Translations under genes and position numbers: made by a program
The notes under the pieces: generated by a model
What the model saw: the letters and a program-made list of their open reading frames with translations, nothing else
Databases searched by the model: none
What the model was told of the DNA's origin: nothing
In this document: one piece after another, positions 58,347-64,000 of the stretch
How positions within the stretch are numbered: position 1 is the stretch's first letter
Layout: every line of letters begins with the position of its first letter
Origin: an uncultured Ectothiorhodospiraceae bacterium
Lineage (GTDB): Bacteria > Pseudomonadota > Gammaproteobacteria > SZUA-152
Assembly: GCA_964401355.1 (NCBI GenBank)
Contig: CAYNYJ010000003.1
Span: 2,091 to 66,090 of the forward strand
Direction: 5' to 3'
DNA: 64,000 nucleotides

Positions 58347-58910
58347 AGGTCAGCTAAAATGCGCCTATCCCTATGTAAAAGACATGGGCAATCACGTTAC
58401 CTATTGATCCTATCAGTAGGGGAATAAGCAATAATCCTACGAGTAGACCCTAATTGAAGCGATTATTAGCGTTCAGTTGATATTCATTGTTTTCAGTATG
58501 TTTAAAGTCATATGTTGTCAAGCTCACTGTGAGTGACTTTCAATAGAAGCCGCCAAAGGGAATGGTGGCTATCAGACATGTTTGCTGTGATGAACTCAAT
58601 GCATCACATCGTTTGTGGTTTCTACTAGAGGTTGTTGCCGTCATTTTCTTTAGTGGCAATCAGGAAACAATGCGAATAGATCAGAAGCCTATTGCGGTGT
58701 AGGTTATTCCTTGAAGACGAAATTCGCTCATCTTTCCACTTACTTCGAGATCAGATACAAACTGCTCATAGAGAAATAACGACGGAGCGATTCAGGAAGC
58801 CCACTCAGAAGTCCGGTGTCATCGATGCGGTCATAAACGTAATCGAGGACGGAGGATTACACAAATATTTCAGAAAGAATTGAAGACAACACATAACAAG
58901 CCCATTCGAT

Positions 58911-59687
58911 CTACATTGTTCTGTCGCCAATTTTTGGGTTGGCAGCATGTTCCAGCCAAGTAAGGTTCTGAATATAGATGGCGCGATTTTCGACGCGCAG
59001 AATACCTTTTCGGCGCAAGTCCCCCAGCACTTCGGTTACGGTTTGGCGGCTGGTGCCTATCATGTCGGCCATTTCTTGATGCGTAATGGGGATGTCCAGA
59101 TAGATGTCACTATGAATACGTTTGCCGTAACGGGCCGCTAACCGTGTAATGAGTTTGACGACTCGGGAGGTGACGTTGTCGGCAGCGACATTGAGGTGCA
59201 CATTACCCAGCTCGCGCAGGCGGCAGGAGAGTAGGTCGATGACGCTGGTGGAGGCTTGGGGGGATTGTTGTAAAAAGTGGGCAAAGGCATTTTGTCCAAT
59301 CACCAAAATTTCACTGTCGCAGCAGGATTGGGCAAAGACCTCGCGGCGACCACTGCGCAGTATTTCCGCTAGGCCAAATAACTCACCCGGAAAGCAAAAC
59401 CAGAGAATCACCTCGCGTCCCACGGATGACAGCTGGTAAATTTTTACCCGCCCTTCCAGCAGGATATAGACATATTCCCCCGGGGAACCGGCATGAAATA
59501 TGGTTTCGCCCTTACGGTAGTGTCGCGTTTCTCCCAAGGAGAGTAACTGGTTCTGGTTATTCTGGCCGACTTGCGAAAAGAAATCCGGTGGACGCACGTA
59601 CCACAATGCATCGTTTTTTCTTGATGAAGTTACAGTTTGTCGGCTGGGCGACCGAATTGCGGCAGCAATGTGTGATGTCATGGCCAA
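58911..59687 (-). CDS. Crp/Fnr family transcriptional regulator
   Basis: cNMP-binding fold (IFHAG, LLEGRVKI, GELFGLAE) and C-terminal HTH THQEMADMIGTSRQTVTEVL. Start uncertain. Confidence 0.92.
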   Translation of the reverse strand: MAMTSHIAAAIRSPSRQTVTSSRKNDALWYVRPPDFFSQVGQNNQNQLLSLGETRHYRKGETIFHAGSPGEYVYILLEGRVKIYQLSSVGREVILWFCFPGELFGLAEILRSGRREVFAQSCCDSEILVIGQNAFAHFLQQSPQASTSVIDLLSCRLRELGNVHLNVAADNVTSRVVKLITRLAARYGKRIHSDIYLDIPITHQEMADMIGTSRQTVTEVLGDLRRKGILRVENRAIYIQNLTWLEHAANPKIGDRTM

Positions 59688-59865
59688 TATCCTTTTGGCT
59701 GAATGTGTGTGGGCGTGCGGTGGTGGGCAGCGCGAGTAATAAGGTCAAAGATGCAGCAAAAATGCGCTATCACTCGCGATGCTCATCAATGTGCTCACTC
59801 TACGCATAAGCACACGGTTTGCACAAGAGCGGAAAGAAACAAGACGGAATTCCCCATGACAGGAG

Positions 59866-62271
59866 TTGACCATGGATAAAATGACGGACGCGGAACTGAG
59901 CCAAATACTGGGTGATTTCATCGCTCCCAAAGGCCTGTATGCGGACACCAAGGCCAGAGAATTTCTGGGCTCGGTGAGTTGCAATGTTACTCGCATCGAG
60001 GCCGGTTCCTGGCAGGAGATCGTGCTGGACTACGAGGTGGGTGCGGCTGGCCTGGCTGACGGTGCCTGGATCAAGGTCACGTTCAAATTTTATTCCGATT
60101 GGGCATTGTTTCAAACCACCGATCCCACGGCGGCCAATTATGTGTCAGCAGAGTATCAGGCCGGTTCCTTGGTGGAAGGACAAAGTCCGGCAACGGTGCA
60201 ATCGCTCAAGGTGCGGTTTGACCAGAAGGGCCACCAGCGCCCGTTTCAAAAGGCCGTTATTGTCGACACGGTGGACGGATTTTTGAAACCGGGCGACCAC
60301 ATCATTATTCGCCTCGGTGATCGTCGTGCCGGTGGCCCTGGCACGCGCGCTCAAACTTTTGTGGAAGAGGGCTTTCGATTTCGCTGTTACGCCGACCCTT
60401 TGGGGACTTCCCGGTTTGCTGCGATCCCCGGTGATGTGGTGATCGACATTGTATCGGGTGACCCCGCACAGCTGATTATTAACGGGCCGAGACTGGTGCG
60501 CACGGGCGAACCCATCAGTTTGAGAGTACGTGTGGAAGATTTGTGGGGAAACACCTGCTGGGATCTGAATGCCGATAGCGGCGGTGCCTTGCTGGATTTG
60601 ACTGGGCTCATGAATGGCGAGACGGTTTACGATAACAAGTTGCTGCTGGGGAAAACGGGCTGGGCGGTTTCCGCTATTGAAAAAATACCCAATGCTTACT
60701 CGGGTGAGTTCATACTGCGTGCGAGTCTGCCAGCGTATCCTGCGGTTGCGGAACGGTATTTTTACATCAGCCTCGATGACACACTACCATTCCCGCGCAG
60801 TTATTTTGGCGATTTGCACGTGCACTCCGACGACACCGTGGGCACCAATACTACGACGTACAATCTCACCTATGGCCGGGATGTGGCGGGGCTGGATGTG
60901 CTGGGGTACACCGCCAATGATTTTCAGATTACCAAGGATCGCTGGGAACAGGCGGTGGGTCTGTGTCGCGAGCTGAGCGTGGATGGAGAATTTGTCTGTT
61001 ACGCAGGCACCGAGTGGTGCGGTAATTCTTCTGCTGGCGGTGATCACAATGTGATTTTTCTGCATGATGAGACGCCTCAATTTCCGTTTGACAAAAATGG
61101 CAACATGGTTCGATCCTTCGAATGGAATGAAAACATGGGAGGGGAGACTATTCAGCCCGGTGCCTGGCCGTTGGAAGAATTGTGGGCAACTTACATTCAC
61201 GATCCGGAGGGACATTTGCTGATGCCCCACGTGGGTGGGCGGCGTTGTAATCTGGATTGGCATCACCCCGTGCTGGAACGTCTGGTTGAGGTTGGATCGG
61301 CCTGGGGACATTTCCCCTGGCTGTACGAAGAAACCATGCGCCGGGGTTATAAACTGGGTGCTTCGGCCAATGGCGATGAACACCGCGGTCGCTGTGGAGG
61401 AGGGGTGCCGGGTACCGCTGTGTTTGGCACCAAAGGTGGCGTTACCGGTATTATTGCCGATGCGCTGGATCGAAAAAGTATCGGCACAGCATTGCGGGCG
61501 CGACACACGTATGCCACCACCGGTGAGCGCATCGTCGGCCTGACGCGTTGCGGCAGTTATATTCAGGGTGACGAGTTTACACACCATGGCCCCGCGCAAC
61601 TGGAATATCGTTTTCTGGGTGATGCGGGTTGGGATGAGATTACGGCCTATGATCACACCGGCTGTTTCTGGCGTCGCAACTTGCAGGAAGAACAGACGTT
61701 TTCCGAACGCCGAATACGTCTGCGCTGGGGTGGGGCGCGCATCAAAGATCGCTATCGATGGGCAGAATGGCGTGGCACGATCACCATTACCAACGGTATT
61801 ATCAATAGTTTTAGTGGTCTCGGCTTCGAACACAAAGAAGAAACCTGCTGGCGTGAAAATGCCACCAGCATCGGTTTTCGATCCGATACCTACGGCGATG
61901 CTGATAGTATCGAACTGGATATCAGCAATTTTGAAAAATGCAGAATTCGCGTTGAAGGCACTATTGATGGTTATGTCAAAGTGGGAGACCCGCTGAAAGG
62001 AAACCCCTTTGTGCATTGCCCCACATTTTCATTTGAAGTCAACGGTGCGCAATTATTAAATTCCGGTTCGTTACGACAAGACCTGGGCGGAGCCGATTTA
62101 TTCCTGGCCTTGGAAAGGCTCAGTGATCAGCCCATGCCGCGCGAAGTGAATGGCAGTATTGAGCTGGATGCCAACAATGGGCCGCACGGTTTCCGGCCTG
62201 TATACCTGGTGGGACGACAAATCGACGATGCCAAAGTATGGACATCGGCGATGTTTATTGATTTTAGTTAG
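59866..62271 (+). CDS. Large DUF3604/PHP-like metallohydrolase of unknown function
   Basis: RBS AGGAG; YFGDLHVHSDDTVG, GLDVLGYTAND, GTEWC...GGDHNV, LMPHVGGR, NGDEHRGRCG metal-ligand pattern; beta-rich flanking domains. Confidence 0.75.
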   Translation: MTMDKMTDAELSQILGDFIAPKGLYADTKAREFLGSVSCNVTRIEAGSWQEIVLDYEVGAAGLADGAWIKVTFKFYSDWALFQTTDPTAANYVSAEYQAGSLVEGQSPATVQSLKVRFDQKGHQRPFQKAVIVDTVDGFLKPGDHIIIRLGDRRAGGPGTRAQTFVEEGFRFRCYADPLGTSRFAAIPGDVVIDIVSGDPAQLIINGPRLVRTGEPISLRVRVEDLWGNTCWDLNADSGGALLDLTGLMNGETVYDNKLLLGKTGWAVSAIEKIPNAYSGEFILRASLPAYPAVAERYFYISLDDTLPFPRSYFGDLHVHSDDTVGTNTTTYNLTYGRDVAGLDVLGYTANDFQITKDRWEQAVGLCRELSVDGEFVCYAGTEWCGNSSAGGDHNVIFLHDETPQFPFDKNGNMVRSFEWNENMGGETIQPGAWPLEELWATYIHDPEGHLLMPHVGGRRCNLDWHHPVLERLVEVGSAWGHFPWLYEETMRRGYKLGASANGDEHRGRCGGGVPGTAVFGTKGGVTGIIADALDRKSIGTALRARHTYATTGERIVGLTRCGSYIQGDEFTHHGPAQLEYRFLGDAGWDEITAYDHTGCFWRRNLQEEQTFSERRIRLRWGGARIKDRYRWAEWRGTITITNGIINSFSGLGFEHKEETCWRENATSIGFRSDTYGDADSIELDISNFEKCRIRVEGTIDGYVKVGDPLKGNPFVHCPTFSFEVNGAQLLNSGSLRQDLGGADLFLALERLSDQPMPREVNGSIELDANNGPHGFRPVYLVGRQIDDAKVWTSAMFIDFS

Positions 62272-62320
62272 GCAGCATTTAGTCTGCACCGTTTGTCTAG
62301 GGGCGAGTTGTGGGGGAAAG

Positions 62321-62356
62321 GGCGCTTGGTGAGTGTGATAGCCAGGCGCCTTTTTT
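62321..62356 (+). terminator. Rho-independent terminator
   Basis: GGCGCTTGG...CCAGGCGCC stem followed by TTTTTT, 50 nt after the stop at 62271. Confidence 0.7.
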
Positions 62357-62401
62357 ATGCGGACCGTGAATCGTTCACTCAGAAAAAAATTGATTCCCTA
62401 T

Positions 62402-62457
62402 TTTAAAACTCACAGTTTAAAACCCAGAGTTTAAAACCTAGATTTTAAAACTCTGGC
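62402..62457. repeat. Imperfect 14-bp tandem repeat x4 (TTTAAAAC core)
   Basis: TTTAAAAC at 62402, 62416, 62430 and 62444. Confidence 0.85.
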
Positions 62458-62465
62458 GCTAAAAG

Positions 62466-63410
62466 TCAGGGCGCGAAACAATCCATGTCATTGGCAAATT
62501 CAACAGGCCCGGGATATGATTTTTTGATTGCGCGCAGTGTCTCCTGTTCTTTGCCCAGGGTACGGCGCATACGATGGGAAAGCAGCAGTTTTTTAATGGC
62601 GGATTTTTTTGAAATCTTACCGATCACCGTGGGTGGCATGTGCAGCAAGCGTTCCACACCGCGTGCGCCTTCGGGCACGGCATTGTGTGCGAGCAAAATG
62701 TCTGCACCTTTGGCGAGTGTGGGTAGGGTTTCATAATCACCGTTCATGTCGCCACTGAAGACGATGGTTTTTCCTCCCAGTTCAACGTGCCAGGCCAGTG
62801 CCGGGAGTGAACCGTGATGCACGGCAATGGCAGTGATGATCACTCGTTGATTATTAAGCGCAGGCTGAATTTTTCGGTTTTTGACATCCAGCACCTTTGG
62901 CAATAAACGGTAGCCGTTGCTGCGGCCGTCATCGAGAAAGGCGGAGAGATAACGAAAGGCCCCTTCGATGCCAAACAGGGATTCGAGAAAATCCTCGGTG
63001 TCCGGCATAAAGTAGCCGTTACCAGACGGCCCAAACACGGGCAGATCGCGCCGACGCTCATCAAAAAAAGATGACTTGATCAGTGCAGGTAGATCGGCGC
63101 TATGATCCACGTGAAAGTGGCTAAACAAAATGGCATCGAGGTCTGCAAATTCAGCGCCACTACGCCCGAAATTATCACTGCTGCCCCCACCCACATCGAT
63201 CAGCACGCGCGCCTTGCCATCCAGCCACAACAGATAACTGCTGGAGGCGCGTTGATCGCCGACCTCCGGCCCACCGGAACCCAGTACTTGCAATTGCACA
63301 CCCTGGCCGGTGCAGCGCTCATCGGCTGCGTGCGCGATGATGGGGCAGAAGGAAAACAGGAAAAATATCGCTGTTGTGAGTAACGGGTAGTGTGAGCTGT
63401 GCCGGTGCAT
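62466..63410 (-). CDS. Exported MBL-fold metallohydrolase (RNase Z/arylsulfatase AtsA-like)
   Basis: Signal peptide; LQVLGSGGP, IDVGGG, SHFHVDH, VHHG, FSGD, LSH motifs. Confidence 0.88.
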   Translation of the reverse strand: MHRHSSHYPLLTTAIFFLFSFCPIIAHAADERCTGQGVQLQVLGSGGPEVGDQRASSSYLLWLDGKARVLIDVGGGSSDNFGRSGAEFADLDAILFSHFHVDHSADLPALIKSSFFDERRRDLPVFGPSGNGYFMPDTEDFLESLFGIEGAFRYLSAFLDDGRSNGYRLLPKVLDVKNRKIQPALNNQRVIITAIAVHHGSLPALAWHVELGGKTIVFSGDMNGDYETLPTLAKGADILLAHNAVPEGARGVERLLHMPPTVIGKISKKSAIKKLLLSHRMRRTLGKEQETLRAIKKSYPGPVEFANDMDCFAP

Positions 63411-63492
63411 GTTGTTGGCTATTGGTTGATTTTTTGTATTATGCCTGAAATATTATGTCAGTATCCGGGACGTGTTTACACCTGTTTGTCCA

Positions 63493-63999
63493 TTATTCTG
63501 ACAGCCGTTGGTGAATCAGTTCGGCGATATTTTTCCATGCGAGGAAACCCCGGCTGAGAGTGTCGATCTGTTTGTCGTGTTGCCAGATCAGGCTGGGGAA
63601 TCCTTGTACGCCAGCCTGGCGACTGCGTTTGAAGTGTTCCTGGGTGAGAGAACGTAACTCATCAGAAGAGAATATTTCCAGGAAGGGTTTTTTTTCAATA
63701 CCGAAGGGTTTGGCAAGATTACTCAGCACATCGGATTGCGCCACGTCCTGTCCCTGTGTGTAAAATGCCGATTGAATTGCGGAAAAATAGGCGAGGGTGT
63801 CGGTGGGCTTTAATTTTCCAATGCTTAAAACGGCGCGACTAGCCGGTTCTGTGTCATACACAAAACCTTCGGGCATGGCATTGTCGAATTCAAAAGGCTG
63901 GCCGGTCAGGCGCTGGACTTGGTGCCAGTGATGCAGAATTTCATCACGCAGTTGGCTGGACATGGGTTCCGTGGTGCCGGGTCGCAGTCCACCGAGGTT
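63493..63999 (-). CDS. DsbA-family (DSBA-like thioredoxin fold) protein, N-terminus beyond the right edge
   Basis: LGGLRPG...ILHHWHQV...TGQPF, YDTEPASRAV, AFYTQG, GVQGFPSL. Frame remains open to the window end. Confidence 0.85.
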   Translation of the reverse strand, partial: NLGGLRPGTTEPMSSQLRDEILHHWHQVQRLTGQPFEFDNAMPEGFVYDTEPASRAVLSIGKLKPTDTLAYFSAIQSAFYTQGQDVAQSDVLSNLAKPFGIEKKPFLEIFSSDELRSLTQEHFKRSRQAGVQGFPSLIWQHDKQIDTLSRGFLAWKNIAELIHQRLSE

Positions 64000-64000
64000 G

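Noticed and set aside
58586-58608. TGTGATG...CATCACA palindrome as a CRP site
   Set aside because: The spacing is far from TGTGA-N6-TCACA and it lies downstream of the regulator, not in the divergent promoter.
58692-58883. 63-aa ORF in the AT-rich gap before the Crp gene
   Set aside because: TTG start, no RBS and no motifs.
59808-59823. Sigma54-like promoter AAGCAC-N5-TTGCA upstream of the DUF3604-like gene
   Set aside because: The invariant -24 GG is AG, and no enhancer-binding protein is nearby.
60784-62016. 410-aa antisense ORF and similar long shadow ORFs (1989-2651, 16811-17458, 28094-28792, 33628-34311, 35074-35856, 36705-37424, 40994-41722, 56669-57406)
   Set aside because: Each lies opposite a well-supported gene and has no recognisable motifs, as expected in GC-rich coding DNA.
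1-64000. tRNA, rRNA, integrase or intact transposase genes
   Set aside because: None recognised. The CRISPR island has no visible att-site/integrase signature.

Overview
A gammaproteobacterial chromosome segment, roughly 55% GC by eye, with AT-richer inserts. The backbone carries (thiD)-thiE-hemL, an RND pump followed by an unusual peptidase/beta-propeller/Omp85-type outer-membrane protein, rppH-ptsP, ampDE, rhlE, argH-algZ/fimS-algR, rep and arsR-arsM. Four accessory blocks stand out. (1) 16.5-25.4 kb: a nine-gene TPR/TolQ/2xTolR/TonB-C operon resembling the conserved core of the myxobacterial Agl-Glt machinery. (2) 43.5-57.3 kb: a complete type I-C CRISPR-Cas locus with 38 intact repeats, 1 degenerate repeat and 38 spacers. 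Its operon is split between cas7 and cas4 by an AAA+/DUF4143 ATPase-nuclease, an intact rhuM coupled to cas4, and a second decayed rhuM absent from the ORF track. The island is bracketed by intact arsM and an eroded arsM copy. (3) 58.9-63.4 kb: a Crp/Fnr regulator divergent from an 801-aa DUF3604/PHP-like metallohydrolase, plus a secreted MBL hydrolase. (4) Two families of MITE-like structured repeats, one showing compensatory base changes, and a REP cluster that truncates a DUF5677-like gene. I saw no tRNA, rRNA, integrase or intact transposase. All family assignments come from motif recognition by eye; no database searches were run.
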